IMG/VR virus record: IMGVR_UViG_3300035425_000025
Span: 1 to 64,000 of that record
DNA from: a virus
Lineage: Duplodnaviria > Caudoviricetes
Direction: 5' to 3' (one strand)
Length of the DNA: 64,000 nt
Position 1 is the first letter of the stretch, and every line of letters begins with the position of its first letter. This document shows positions 37,360 through 48,120 of this stretch, one piece after another. The position numbers were made by a program, and so were the translations under genes. The notes below the pieces were generated by a model. It was not told the DNA's origin. It saw nothing but the letters and a program-made list of their open reading frames with translations, and did no database searches.

Positions 37360-37839
37360 ATGAATAAAAAATATTATGAGTTTGATAATAGACTGGAATT
37401 AAATAGACGCTTAAAATATTGGTCAAATGCTTGTGGTGAATTGCATCATCATGGGGAATATGATTTAAAGGATGTTTCAGAACTTCCACAAGAATTACTG
37501 AGGGCATATAATGAACTTTGGGAACAAGGAAACGGTTGTTTTGAATACTTAGTTGAGTATGATGGAAAGTATTATATTGCTCTTATAAGTGAATTTGACA
37601 ATACTTTTGCAGAAGATAGTAATGTATTAATGGAAGAACTGCATGAAATAGCTAAACAAAACGCGTTAGAATTATTTCATCAAGATTTATTCAAAGACAC
37701 TATTTTGATTATTGGAAAAGACACTGGTTTTAACGAGTGTCATGAGATTATTTTTCTTATTCCAGCAATGGAATCTAAAAATGTATATGATGAAATAGAG
37801 GACACTATATATTTGAATATTTGGAAAATGGACAAATAG
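37360..37839 (+). CDS. Hypothetical acidic protein
   Basis: 159 aa, bounded by palindromic sites. Confidence 0.75.
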   Translation: MNKKYYEFDNRLELNRRLKYWSNACGELHHHGEYDLKDVSELPQELLRAYNELWEQGNGCFEYLVEYDGKYYIALISEFDNTFAEDSNVLMEELHEIAKQNALELFHQDLFKDTILIIGKDTGFNECHEIIFLIPAMESKNVYDEIEDTIYLNIWKMDK

Positions 37840-37872
37840 AATCGGAATTTTATCCGGAGAAAGGAAAAAATT

Positions 37873-38100
37873 ATGAATAGATACACAATGGAAATAAAAC
37901 AAAAAACAGGCGTGTGTTCATCAGAATTATGGAAATTTATTGTTGTTTCAGGTGATACGATTGAACTTGTTACATCTTTAATTCTTGAAGCACAAAAAGA
38001 ATTTAAATTTGAATCGCCTGTAGAACTTATGGATTATGTTTGTGATGTATATGGCTGGAAATGGGAAGATTTTGAGTATGATATTGAAATAGAAATGTAG
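37873..38100 (+). CDS. Hypothetical protein
   Basis: 75 aa, bounded by palindromic sites. Confidence 0.7.
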   Translation: MNRYTMEIKQKTGVCSSELWKFIVVSGDTIELVTSLILEAQKEFKFESPVELMDYVCDVYGWKWEDFEYDIEIEM

Positions 38101-38102
38101 CT

Positions 38103-38384
38103 TTGAATCTCGTATTTCAACAGGAGGTAAATAAAGTGGTGACATGTAATAAATGCAGAAGAGAATGTGAATACAGGAATAAAAAATTTAAAGATGTTTC
38201 CTTATACTGTGACACTCATTGTACCTATGATTTTAAGATAGAATGTGATAAAATAGCGACAGATGATTTTCGGAAAGTAATTCAAGAATTAAAAGATGGA
38301 AATTTTTCTAATGCTGCCGTTACAGGAATATTAAAACAAGCGCAGTGCATTTTAAATGTTGCTGATAACATTATGGAGGAATGA
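38103..38384 (+). CDS. Cys-rich hypothetical protein
   Basis: CNKC...C..HC; true start probably GTG near 38138 after GGAGGT. Confidence 0.65.
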   Translation: MNLVFQQEVNKVVTCNKCRRECEYRNKKFKDVSLYCDTHCTYDFKIECDKIATDDFRKVIQELKDGNFSNAAVTGILKQAQCILNVADNIMEE

Positions 38385-38590
38385 TAACTATGAGATTGGC
38401 TCTTAATCAGAAATATTTGTATTCAAACATAGCCAAGATTGGAAGACAATGTAAAAGAACAAAGAAAGAAGAAATTGTTACATATATCGGATCAGAAGAT
38501 GATAAAGAGATTTTTCAGAAAGAATCTGGAACAGAATTATTAGTACATAAATCTGATATTGATAAGTTTATAAAGGAAATTTCACGATGA
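38381..38590 (+). CDS. Hypothetical protein
   Basis: 69 aa. Confidence 0.65.
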   Translation: MITMRLALNQKYLYSNIAKIGRQCKRTKKEEIVTYIGSEDDKEIFQKESGTELLVHKSDIDKFIKEISR

Positions 38591-38683
38591 AATGTACCTT
38601 TTCAGTCCTTTTAATTGGACACAAATAATAGTATAATGGAAACATAAACAAACAGATCAAAGTCCTACATAGTAGGCAGAAAG

Positions 38684-38899
38684 GTGGAATATATGGAAAC
38701 TTTACTTGGATTGATTTTTCTCTTTTGTGTATTTGGATTACCAGCAATCATAAGAAATTACAAATTTGATAATAGTCTTCCTCCAGAAGGATATCAAACA
38801 GACTGGGCAGCTATGAATCGTGATTTAGCGATGGGAAAATCAAAGACAGAAGTAATAAATAAATCAAACAGAGGAGAGTATTACGTTAAAAAGAAATAG
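38684..38899 (+). CDS. Small membrane-anchored protein
   Basis: N-terminal TM helix LLGLIFLFCVFGLPAII. Confidence 0.7.
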   Translation: MEYMETLLGLIFLFCVFGLPAIIRNYKFDNSLPPEGYQTDWAAMNRDLAMGKSKTEVINKSNRGEYYVKKK

Positions 38900-38936
38900 A
38901 ATGAACGAAGAGTAGAAGCCACTGGAAAATAATCTG

Positions 38937-39152
38937 GTGGCTTTTATAGTGGAGAAAATAAGGAAAGAAGGACAAAATAGAATGGATAAGAATACATACA
39001 CACTTGGAAAGAAATTTGAATGTTGCGGAAAGACTATGGTAACTGTTATAATTAAAGGCAGAGCAGCTTGTGTTATGCCTGAGTTGGAATACAATAGGAT
39101 TATTGAGACTGAGCGGAAATATCTACAGAGAAATAATAAGAGGGTGGCATAA
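38937..39152 (+). CDS. Hypothetical protein
   Basis: Likely starts at internal MDKNTYTLG. Confidence 0.6.
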   Translation: MAFIVEKIRKEGQNRMDKNTYTLGKKFECCGKTMVTVIIKGRAACVMPELEYNRIIETERKYLQRNNKRVA

Positions 39153-39346
39153 TGGTTGTACGTGGGAAAATAAATGGGTTTATATCATGGAACGGCTGGT
39201 ATTATGGATATATAAAATTAAAGCGTGAAAATAAGTATTACAGATCAAAAAATGTTAGGTTTGATGATACTTGTGGTGGAACAGAAGAATGTACTGAAGA
39301 GCAATATCATGAAGCGGCAGAAAAATATGCTAAAATATTTAGATGA
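39152..39346 (+). CDS. Hypothetical protein
   Basis: 64 aa, coupled. Confidence 0.65.
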   Translation: MVVRGKINGFISWNGWYYGYIKLKRENKYYRSKNVRFDDTCGGTEECTEEQYHEAAEKYAKIFR

Positions 39347-39906
39347 ATGGATTATTTCATTGGAAAAGATTGGAGGAAAATATGGAAAAGTATAAGAGCA
39401 TTGGAATTTATGAAAAAGGTGATGTGATTATGTGTGATAATATACTATTGGACGATGTTGTATGGGAAATAGCATTGATTCGAGAAATTAAGGGAGAACC
39501 ATTAGGAAGATTAAACTTGGTTAATGTTCCAGTTTATGACATAAATAGTGTAGATTGTGATATTGTTAATATATTTTCTGTAGAGGCTTGGAAAAAAATA
39601 TACGAAAGCGATTTGCTTCAAGATGCAGGATATGATGGCAGTATTTTAAATTGGTTAATTAAGCAGAAGAGAGAAATTCCTGAAGACCTTTTGGATTATG
39701 TGAGAGACCATTTTGAAGGTGACACAAGAAACCTTTTGTCTGATGCAGGTAATTTATCAAATGCCAAGTGGTTATATAAAAATGGAGCTATCTTAGAACC
39801 TGAAGGCCGCGAAAGTTCTGTAAAAGAATGGTGGGGAATGTGGCGGGATAAAAATCATGTTGAGATGTACGAATACTTTTTTGGTAAAAATGGGATATGT
39901 GCTTAA
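39343..39906 (+). CDS. Hypothetical protein with ankyrin-like C-terminal segment
   Basis: AGNLSNAKWLYKNGA. Confidence 0.55.
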   Translation: MNGLFHWKRLEENMEKYKSIGIYEKGDVIMCDNILLDDVVWEIALIREIKGEPLGRLNLVNVPVYDINSVDCDIVNIFSVEAWKKIYESDLLQDAGYDGSILNWLIKQKREIPEDLLDYVRDHFEGDTRNLLSDAGNLSNAKWLYKNGAILEPEGRESSVKEWWGMWRDKNHVEMYEYFFGKNGICA

Positions 39907-40866
39907 TTGGATGAAATGATTGCTCTATTTAAAATATTTTGGAGGAAAACATTTATGAAAATTGTAATAGAGAATATGGAAGAATTATCTAAGCGTTTAA
40001 AATATTTTTCTCAATTAAAAACAGATCAATTAAAAGAAATTTTATTATTGACATTTGAAGAAGCAAATTTTTTATTAAATGAAAAAGAAAATGGTGAGTA
40101 TACTTTTTATTTTGATGATGATAGTTGGATAAAACCAGAAAAAAATGGTATATATGTTAAAATTGGTTTTCGTAGTGACTTTATACAAGGGTTTAAGTTT
40201 CGTATGGACTTTATACAAGGTTTTATGTTTCGGGATTTTTTTTGTTGTAGTGTAAAATGGATTTATCTTTTTGATGAAAAAGGTAAATATGATATCGGTG
40301 ATTATGAGATTGAGTTTTCAAACATTTTAACTTCAAAATATAATGTATTAATGAAAAAATGGTTTGGAAAAGATTATATTATAGATTTGTTACATGCTCG
40401 TTTCCCATACGAATTTTCAGTAGATTCTTTGATTGGTTTAAAAGAAGAAACGTTAAATTATATATTCAATGATAGAAATGATAAAATGATGAATAGGGAA
40501 AAGAAAACATTAGATAAGAGGGATAATATATTTAAAAATATAAATGGACAAAGTATAGAAATGAAGTCTTTTTCAAACATTGAAACTGAATTATATAGAA
40601 AAATAGATAATTTTAGAAATTCTGATTGTTTTATATTATATGTCAGTGATGAAGTGGAAAATACTAATATTATTAAATTTAATTTTACATTAGATGAAGA
40701 TAGTGAAAAAGTATTAATAATAAAAACAAATTGTAATAAAAATGAAATTTTGTTAAGGGTAGGAAAGAACAGTGATTTTTTTGAAAATTGGCCCACATTG
40801 AAAGAAGAAATTATAAAATTTATTTCTGATTATATTCCATATGATAAATTTTATTATTTATGTTAG
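39907..40866 (+). CDS. Hypothetical protein
   Basis: About 300 aa, very AT-rich; likely start MKIVIEN after GGAGG. Confidence 0.7.
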   Translation: MDEMIALFKIFWRKTFMKIVIENMEELSKRLKYFSQLKTDQLKEILLLTFEEANFLLNEKENGEYTFYFDDDSWIKPEKNGIYVKIGFRSDFIQGFKFRMDFIQGFMFRDFFCCSVKWIYLFDEKGKYDIGDYEIEFSNILTSKYNVLMKKWFGKDYIIDLLHARFPYEFSVDSLIGLKEETLNYIFNDRNDKMMNREKKTLDKRDNIFKNINGQSIEMKSFSNIETELYRKIDNFRNSDCFILYVSDEVENTNIIKFNFTLDEDSEKVLIIKTNCNKNEILLRVGKNSDFFENWPTLKEEIIKFISDYIPYDKFYYLC

Positions 40867-41119
40867 TATATAAATTTTTTTCTAAAAAAGCCACATTTGT
40901 TTATGTGATTGAACACGACAAAAGTTTAAATGCTGCTATTGAAGAAGCTATTGGAAATATGGTCAGAGTGTAGGAGGCTGAAAGACTAAAGTATTATTTA
41001 CAGTTAAAATAATAGATTCATCCAGTGTGTTGAGGAATGGAATCGTGTAAAAGCGATTCTTTTTCTTTACATATTATTTAGAATGTGATAACATATAAAT
41101 AGAAAGGATGTGATAACAA

Positions 41120-41698
41120 GTGTCAAAAGATGATTACATTCGTTTTAGATGCTCTACTGCATTGAAAGAATTGGCAGGAAAACAAGCAGAAGAAAAAGGA
41201 ATGAATATAACTGATTATATGGAATATCTGATAAGAAAGGATGGAAATAATATGATGTATGTTTACAATACAGAGAAAATGACTGATGATATAAAAGAAA
41301 AAATTATCAATAATGGATTGGCGGTTATTATAAATGAGGTCAACTTGCTGTCAAAAGTTGACGAACTTGTAATTGATGGAAATGTAATAAAAAGCAGTTA
41401 TTCTCTTGATGAATATATTGAGATGTTTGATGGCGGAGACTATATCAAATTAGCAGGTGTTGAAGTGACAATGTTGGAGTCAATTCAAATGTTACTGGAA
41501 GAATTATACCAGCCTTGCAATAATGAAGGAATAATATATGCAGAAAGAATTTATAATTCTGATAATCCTTATGTAGAAATTAGAAAACTTATTAATGAAT
41601 TTCTTTTAATAAGAATTGATAGTGTAATGACGGAAATTCAAATGAAAATTGATCTTGTTAAAAAAGGTATAGAAGATGGAACGTTTGAATGGGGATGA
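41120..41698 (+). CDS. RHH-domain protein
   Basis: YIRFRCS..LKE.A...AEEKGMNITDYMEYLIRKD; ATGTGATAACA repeated twice upstream. Confidence 0.65.
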   Translation: MSKDDYIRFRCSTALKELAGKQAEEKGMNITDYMEYLIRKDGNNMMYVYNTEKMTDDIKEKIINNGLAVIINEVNLLSKVDELVIDGNVIKSSYSLDEYIEMFDGGDYIKLAGVEVTMLESIQMLLEELYQPCNNEGIIYAERIYNSDNPYVEIRKLINEFLLIRIDSVMTEIQMKIDLVKKGIEDGTFEWG

Positions 41699-42680
41699 AA
41701 TATATGATGAAATAGAAGTGTTCGATATGGTTAGAAAGGGAGAATTAAAAAGATACCCACATAGTTTCTGGAGTCTTGCTGATGGGAAAATTCGTGCCAT
41801 TAATATTTTAAAATATGTACTAGAAAATATTTTGAATTGGAATGATGAGGATATTGTTCAAAATTATGATGTAAATGTTTTTGGTAAATATAAAATTAGG
41901 GGGATATTGAGTCGTGTATTCAATAATTCTCCATTTGAAGCATTAAATGCTGTTTATCCCAACAAATTTAAAATATGGCAGTTTAGAGTTCCTAATAATT
42001 ATTGGAAAGAGAATGACCATGTTATAGAAGCTGTAAGGGATATTTATGAAAATAAATTAGGAATAAAAAGTATATCAGACATTTATAAAATTACGAATCA
42101 TGAAGATATTTTTGAAAAGTATGGATTGGATGCTATACCTAGAGTTCAGAAAAAATCAATTCATGATGTTATAGGAATGGCATATGCTGGATTAGAAGAA
42201 GAAAAATTTTTAAAATCAAGCGCATCTCATTATGATTTGGATAAACAAATAGAAATATTTAAACAAAAAAATAGTGATGATAATTTGACTCATGATGATA
42301 TAATACAAATGACAGCAGAACAATTTAGAAATAGTGATTTGTTTTCGGTTGCTGTAAAAAAACATCATTTAGGAATTTATGAAATAGTTGAACTGGCATA
42401 TCCGGGAGAGTATAAACCCTGGGAATTTTCTTATATTGGAAAGGGATTTTGGAAGAATGAAGAAAATATTGTGAAGGCAATTAAATGGTTATTTGAAGAA
42501 AGATTGCATATTGATCCAAAAACTACAGTACGGATTTCAAAGGAAGATTTTTATAAAAATAGTCTTGGAAGTTTAATTACTTATGGGAATATTAATCGTA
42601 TTGGAGTGAAAGAGTTAATAAGAATAGCTTATCCTGATTGCGATATTATTTTCAAGAAGAAAAAATTGGATAAAATCTAA
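41676..42680 (+). CDS. DUF4046-like repeat protein
   Basis: Repeated SP.EAL.A.YP.K.K.W.F..P..YW units. Confidence 0.7.
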   Translation: MERLNGDEIYDEIEVFDMVRKGELKRYPHSFWSLADGKIRAINILKYVLENILNWNDEDIVQNYDVNVFGKYKIRGILSRVFNNSPFEALNAVYPNKFKIWQFRVPNNYWKENDHVIEAVRDIYENKLGIKSISDIYKITNHEDIFEKYGLDAIPRVQKKSIHDVIGMAYAGLEEEKFLKSSASHYDLDKQIEIFKQKNSDDNLTHDDIIQMTAEQFRNSDLFSVAVKKHHLGIYEIVELAYPGEYKPWEFSYIGKGFWKNEENIVKAIKWLFEERLHIDPKTTVRISKEDFYKNSLGSLITYGNINRIGVKELIRIAYPDCDIIFKKKKLDKI

Positions 42681-42707
42681 GTTTTAAGTATAAAATGGAG
42701 AATAAGA

Positions 42708-43319
42708 ATGAGAGAAAGTAAATTATTTATTTCTTTGGGGATAGAATATGCTTCAAACTTATTCAAACAACCTAAAAATAGAAATATTTATGAAGATACA
42801 AATTTTCCGCCAACGAAGCCAATTATGGGTGGATTTTGGGGATCTACGTATTTGAGGACTGGAAATTTTAAATCGTACTGGGAGAAATATATTTATGAGA
42901 AACTGAATGTTAAAATGTTTGAACATAAACTTAATCATTCTTCTACAATATTTTCACTGAAAGAAAGTGCAAATATATTGTTTTTGGATAGCTTTCAAGA
43001 TATATGGATAGATATGAAATTGCAACAATCAAATTTACCACTTAGACTTGTTAAGATTGCAGGAAATGTGCCTAAACAATATGAAAATCATATGTTTTTG
43101 AATTTTGAAGATTGTGTATATGATGCAATATATGTAAGTCAAAATTTTGTGGAATGTGTAGATTATGTATTGAAAGAGTTTGAACGAAGGATATTATCTA
43201 ATGAAAATGCGGATGATTTAGCTCAAGCATTATATTTTGCGGAGATGTTTGAGGATTGGAATGTGGATTCAGTATTAGTGTTAAATAAGGATATTATTAA
43301 TGTGATTGATACTCAATAA
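42708..43319 (+). CDS. Hypothetical protein (KP.GG.W.S family; ART-like fold is a guess)
   Basis: KPIMGGFWGST, YDAIY, WNVDS.LVLN; bounded by sites. Confidence 0.5.
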   Translation: MRESKLFISLGIEYASNLFKQPKNRNIYEDTNFPPTKPIMGGFWGSTYLRTGNFKSYWEKYIYEKLNVKMFEHKLNHSSTIFSLKESANILFLDSFQDIWIDMKLQQSNLPLRLVKIAGNVPKQYENHMFLNFEDCVYDAIYVSQNFVECVDYVLKEFERRILSNENADDLAQALYFAEMFEDWNVDSVLVLNKDIINVIDTQ

Positions 43320-43384
43320 AATTAGATATTTAAGTATAAAATTAGTTATATGGACATATACTTTAAAGAATAGGGGGTGGTATA

Positions 43385-43636
43385 GTGCCTGTAGTATCTG
43401 AACTTTCTGAAATGAATACAGAAGATATATTGGAATTAATCAATGAAGTATATGAATATGAACATAATAGCATTGATATAGAAAATTTTCCGAAACTAAA
43501 TGCATTATATACAAGTAGAGATTTTCATAGTGAGCGTGTAATGATAAATTCTTATGTAATACCAGAAGCAGAACGAAGGTTTCACAAAATAGTTCCAATA
43601 TTGTTAAAACATAATATAAATGAATATCTGAAATAA
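43385..43636 (+). CDS. Hypothetical protein
   Basis: 83 aa, GGGGTG RBS. Confidence 0.6.
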   Translation: MPVVSELSEMNTEDILELINEVYEYEHNSIDIENFPKLNALYTSRDFHSERVMINSYVIPEAERRFHKIVPILLKHNINEYLK

Positions 43637-43727
43637 TTAGTCAAAATATTTTAGATTGTAAAGGCATTTGGAAAATAAAAATCCAGATGCTTTTTATTAT
43701 ACAAAAAATTAAAATAAAAAGGAGAAA

Positions 43728-44678
43728 ATGATTATGAAACAGAAACAAAATGGCACAGAAAACAAGAAAAATGAAGTATGTGGAATGACAAAAGATCAGA
43801 TGATTGAACTGATGGAGAAAATCAACAGAGGACGCAAGGATAATTTAGAAAGTCGCAAGAGTGCATTAAATACTCTTGTTGGCGCATTTCCAGTAGGTGG
43901 AAAGGTATTTGCGGTGGTAGCCTTGGATGAATTACATATTGATGAATCTTATCAGCGGCCATTGCAGAATCATGTAAAAATTATTGCTAGAGACTGGAAT
44001 CCTACAAAGTGTGATCCGCTGAAGATTAATTTCCGCGAGGATGGAAATCTTTATGTGTGGGATGGACAGCACCGTTTAGAAGCAGCGCGATTGCGTGGAA
44101 TTAAATATTTGTTATGCGATATTACGGTTGGTCTTACTCAAGAGCAGGAAGCAGAATTGTTTGGTTGTCAAGGAATGGGAATTAAGAAGCCTGATCCGTA
44201 TGATATTTTCAAAGCTAATGTGTGTGCTGGCGAGGAAATTGACACAGCTATCAAGAATATGTGTGACAATTATAATTTACTGGTCAGCAGAAACAATAAG
44301 AAGGCAGGGAATTTATCTTGCCTGACACTTGCTAGAGACATTTTTAAAAGAGGGGATAAAGAATATTTTGAGTGGGTATTGGAATTGCTGCATAAAGCAA
44401 GGTGGAATGAATTTCCTCAGTCTCATTGCCATCGGATAGTTAATTCTTTGTATGAAATAAGGAAATCCTCTGAAGAACAGAATGAATTTGTACAGCGGAA
44501 ATTGATTGCATATTTGAAGAAAACTAATCCGGACGACCTACTGATTAATGCTACTATTAAATACCCACAGTTTAAAGATGAGAGTAAAAAGTTGAAATTA
44601 TTCTTGTTGGATATAGTGAACGGAGATAGCGATCCTGCTGGAGAAGTAGTTGGAAAACAGAATAGATTTATTGCATAA
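43728..44678 (+). CDS. ParB/Srx-fold protein (DUF6551-like)
   Basis: IDESYQRPL, VWDGQHRLEAA. Confidence 0.75.
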   Translation: MIMKQKQNGTENKKNEVCGMTKDQMIELMEKINRGRKDNLESRKSALNTLVGAFPVGGKVFAVVALDELHIDESYQRPLQNHVKIIARDWNPTKCDPLKINFREDGNLYVWDGQHRLEAARLRGIKYLLCDITVGLTQEQEAELFGCQGMGIKKPDPYDIFKANVCAGEEIDTAIKNMCDNYNLLVSRNNKKAGNLSCLTLARDIFKRGDKEYFEWVLELLHKARWNEFPQSHCHRIVNSLYEIRKSSEEQNEFVQRKLIAYLKKTNPDDLLINATIKYPQFKDESKKLKLFLLDIVNGDSDPAGEVVGKQNRFIA

Positions 44679-44794
44679 TACATATTACGGTTGCTGACTT
44701 TCATCGGTTAGTAGCCGATTTATTCCACGCTGTAGAGTGTTGGATTGTGCTCTATATTTCTCCACGAAAAAGAGAAGTAGTTTATATAAAATGA

Positions 44795-45121
44795 TTGGAG
44801 GAAAATAGAATGAAATCAATAAATATGGTAAAAGAATTAGGAATTGAACTAATGAAATTGAGTGACACCATTGATTCGCAAGAATTGATTATTGAAAGAT
44901 ATCGGTTAAAGACAGCAATGTATAAGGCTTCTTTTTTCCATAGAAATGATTTAGCAATAAAAATTCAACAACAGATTATAGAAAATAATGATGCTGAAAC
45001 AGGAGAATTTGATGGATTTTGTTATGCTTCATGGAGGTCAAATGCAATATATAGGACTTTGGAAGATCTGATTGAACAAAGAATAATTTCAAAAGAAGAA
45101 TATAATTTTTGTAACGAATAG
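44795..45121 (+). CDS. Hypothetical protein
   Basis: GGAGG RBS. Confidence 0.7.
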   Translation: MEENRMKSINMVKELGIELMKLSDTIDSQELIIERYRLKTAMYKASFFHRNDLAIKIQQQIIENNDAETGEFDGFCYASWRSNAIYRTLEDLIEQRIISKEEYNFCNE

Positions 45122-45157
45122 CTTGAAATCATCGTTTCAACTCACGGAGGGAAAACA

Positions 45158-45469
45158 ATGAGGAAAATACTCAAAAATAATAATAAATCAAAAAGGATCA
45201 ACGGAACAGCTAAAGGTAAAATCGGAGCACCACTAAATATAATGGATAAGTATATGAACAATTTAACTATAGGTGATGAGATTAAGTATGGCGAATATAA
45301 GGGGATTCTTTTATATAACCATTATTACGATCAGTATGGTGTGGCTTTAGATTATAGTATGTGGTACGGAAATGATAAATACAATATAGATTCATACGGA
45401 AAATTTATTGAAATTCCTATGGATAATGGAGCGAGGATGGAGATTGAGTTGATAAATCATGCAAAATAA
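45158..45469 (+). CDS. Hypothetical protein
   Basis: 103 aa. Confidence 0.7.
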   Translation: MRKILKNNNKSKRINGTAKGKIGAPLNIMDKYMNNLTIGDEIKYGEYKGILLYNHYYDQYGVALDYSMWYGNDKYNIDSYGKFIEIPMDNGARMEIELINHAK

Positions 45470-45758
45470 AATTGGAGGTGTATTTATGGAATATAAAATT
45501 ACTCATGTTTGGGATGACAGTATAAACAATGTTCATCATATCACTATTGAATATAATGGAAATTCTTACAGTGTTATTTTTGGAAGATATATCAATGGTG
45601 GATTTTTTAGTGTCCCTAATTGGGGTGTTGGAGGAGAACTTGGACAGTTCTGTGATACATTTTGGAATGAGGAATCTTTATACAGAGTATTGAAAAGTAA
45701 AAGAGCAGCTAAAGTTATCGCATTAGCAATTGCAGAGTTTGGAGAGATGGAGGAATAA
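45459..45758 (+). CDS. Hypothetical protein (DUF6618-like)
   Basis: I.Y.GNSYSVIFGRY.NG.F..VPNWGVG.EL. Confidence 0.6.
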   Translation: MQNKIGGVFMEYKITHVWDDSINNVHHITIEYNGNSYSVIFGRYINGGFFSVPNWGVGGELGQFCDTFWNEESLYRVLKSKRAAKVIALAIAEFGEMEE

Positions 45759-45760
45759 TT

Positions 45761-46621
45761 ATGGGAAATAAAACAAAGCAAATAGGTAAAACAGAAGTGT
45801 ATCCGTTCTGGGATATGGAAGATATTAAGAACATGATGGACTACTTTAAGATGAAAGAGATGTGGCATTGGTATTTAGTATTTAACTTTGGATTGCTTCT
45901 GGGGAGACGCATAAGTGACACACTTTCGCTAAAATGGTCTGATTTTTTCTATGAAAATAGAAGATTGAAGGATGAGACAGATATAGTGGAATGGAAAACA
46001 GGGAAGACTGTCAGACTATATATTTGTCCAGCTTGTCAAGAAGCATTGAAATTATATATTGATAAAACTGGCACAGACCCGATGGATAATTATAACGATT
46101 TTGTTTATGGAACTGCTCAAATGTCACAGTTATTAGAAAATAAAGAAGAGTATCCTGAAGAAGATTGGAAGGAACTAATGATGAAAGCAATACAAAGTCA
46201 TGCTGCAGCATTTAGAAAACAGTTTAAGTTAGCAGCAGATGCCTGTAATATACAATATGCGACTTCGACTCATAGTCTTAGGAAAAATTTTGGATACTGG
46301 TCAGTTAAACTTCATCCATATGATGTGACAACTGTAGACAAATTGCAAGGGATATTTTCACATTCTGATCGCAATACAACTCTTCGCTATATCGGAATTT
46401 CAAGAGAAGATGAAAAGAAATTATATTGTGATATGGGAGATTTTATCACTGATATTTCTAACGGTAAAAAGCCTGTAATAAAGAATAGTCCTGTATTGGC
46501 AATAAAATCAGAAGACGCAAGAGAATTATTTAGCAAGTGCTTTGATATGGCAAAAGACGGAGAAGAGAAGTTTGAAGTTATAAACAGAATTCTTGGTATG
46601 GCAGAGAAATGTATGGTATAA
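45761..46621 (+). CDS. Tyrosine recombinase/integrase
   Basis: LGRRISDTLSLKW, STHSLRKNFG, FSHSD.NTT.RYIG; no arm-binding N-domain. Confidence 0.9.
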   Translation: MGNKTKQIGKTEVYPFWDMEDIKNMMDYFKMKEMWHWYLVFNFGLLLGRRISDTLSLKWSDFFYENRRLKDETDIVEWKTGKTVRLYICPACQEALKLYIDKTGTDPMDNYNDFVYGTAQMSQLLENKEEYPEEDWKELMMKAIQSHAAAFRKQFKLAADACNIQYATSTHSLRKNFGYWSVKLHPYDVTTVDKLQGIFSHSDRNTTLRYIGISREDEKKLYCDMGDFITDISNGKKPVIKNSPVLAIKSEDARELFSKCFDMAKDGEEKFEVINRILGMAEKCMV

Positions 46622-46797
46622 TATGGGAGGACAATTCTATGACAAAATTGGATTATAGACAATATCTTATTAACAAACAAAAAGATATATCGGAAGAAGG
46701 AAAAAATGTTAGAGAGCCTATGGCAGCAATTACATATCGATGTCTTATAAATCTTTTAGAAGATGTTTTGGAAAAATTTGATAGTATAAAAGATTGA
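46609..46797 (+). CDS. Hypothetical protein
   Basis: GGGAGG RBS before MTKLD. Confidence 0.6.
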   Translation: MYGIIWEDNSMTKLDYRQYLINKQKDISEEGKNVREPMAAITYRCLINLLEDVLEKFDSIKD

Positions 46798-47624
46798 TTT
46801 TATTGGAGGATATTATGGGAAAGAAAAAAATAGAAAAAGAATTGACTAAAGAGGAAAAATTACAACAGGAAAAGGAAAGAGGAATAGAGCAAATACAGAT
46901 GGAACTGCCTTTTATAAATACGCCATCATATTTTTTTAATGTGGGTGATAAAGTAAGTTATGGTGCGATTAAAGAAAGTGTTGTTGAAGATATTTTGTAT
47001 GATGGAAAAGTATATGTTTTAAAGTGCGTTGCGACTAATAATAATTATGGACGTCCTTATGATTATGAAACTTACCGTGTTACATCATGGACAAATGTAA
47101 GACCGATTTGTCCTGATAATGATACTAATTTCTCTGAAAACCAGGATGTACGATTGGACTACTATAACTCAACTATAGAAAGTCTGTTGAGAAGGAATTA
47201 TGTTTTTGGAATAGACTTTGATCCAGATTATCAGAGAGGATATGTTTGGGATGTGAAGGACAAGGAAATGTTATTAGATAGCATTTTTAAAAATATAGAT
47301 ATTGGAAAGTTTGTATTGATTCATATATCAGATGAAGAATGGCATAAGAGAGGATTAAGTTATGAAATACTTGATGGAAAGCAGCGTTTAAGCACTCTCA
47401 TTGAGTTTTATGAGAACAAATTAGCATACAAAGGGAAGTATTATAATGATTTGAGTGGAATGGATAAGAGGACTTTTACAGAACATCAAGTTGCTGTCGC
47501 AGAAGTAAGGGAAACGGACAAGAAGACAGTATTAAAATATTTCCTGATGCTCAACAGAACTGGAAAATCTATGGATGAATCGCATCTGTTAGAAGTAGAA
47601 AAGATGCTGGATAGTATGAAATAG
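46794..47624 (+). CDS. DUF262 (GmrSD N-terminal/ParB-fold) protein
   Basis: FDPDYQRGYVW, EILDGKQRL. Confidence 0.8.
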   Translation: MILLEDIMGKKKIEKELTKEEKLQQEKERGIEQIQMELPFINTPSYFFNVGDKVSYGAIKESVVEDILYDGKVYVLKCVATNNNYGRPYDYETYRVTSWTNVRPICPDNDTNFSENQDVRLDYYNSTIESLLRRNYVFGIDFDPDYQRGYVWDVKDKEMLLDSIFKNIDIGKFVLIHISDEEWHKRGLSYEILDGKQRLSTLIEFYENKLAYKGKYYNDLSGMDKRTFTEHQVAVAEVRETDKKTVLKYFLMLNRTGKSMDESHLLEVEKMLDSMK

Positions 47625-47636
47625 GCAGTTGAAAAC

Positions 47637-48107
47637 TTGATTTTATTGGAGGTTTTAATGGAAGATAATTATACTGGCGATATGATTCTGATAGATAGAT
47701 TATCAGAATTTTATCCTGTTAATAGTTGGTCATGGAATGAAGGCGAGGTTGTAGAACTTGATGACATTGCTTGTGCAATTCATGAAGGACATCCAGAGGA
47801 ATCAGAGCCGTTTGGTGATACATGGAAACATCCTTGTATGGAGAATAAATCTACTGAGTGGCATATAGGAAGGATTTTATATTTTATAAAACATCCAGAG
47901 GAAATTAGAGATATAGAGGTTGATAATCTATACAGTGGAGATTATATTTTCCCTGTACCTTCAATCATTGATGGAAACCATAGATTCATGGCAGCTATGT
48001 GGTTACAGGATCAAGGAAAGATGGGAAAAGTTCATTGTAGATATGGTGGTAGAATGGATTTGTTGGATTATCTGGTTGGGAAAACTGATGTGTGCCCTGA
48101 TGAATAG
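47637..48107 (+). CDS. ParB-like fold hypothetical protein
   Basis: IIDGNHRF.AA; likely start MEDNY after GGAGGT. Confidence 0.6.
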   Translation: MILLEVLMEDNYTGDMILIDRLSEFYPVNSWSWNEGEVVELDDIACAIHEGHPEESEPFGDTWKHPCMENKSTEWHIGRILYFIKHPEEIRDIEVDNLYSGDYIFPVPSIIDGNHRFMAAMWLQDQGKMGKVHCRYGGRMDLLDYLVGKTDVCPDE

Positions 48108-48120
48108 GCGAGGTGGTTAT

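Noticed and set aside
47920-48120. Long version of ORF 47920-48306
   Set aside because: Overlaps the previous gene; an RBS-supported ATG lies at 48121
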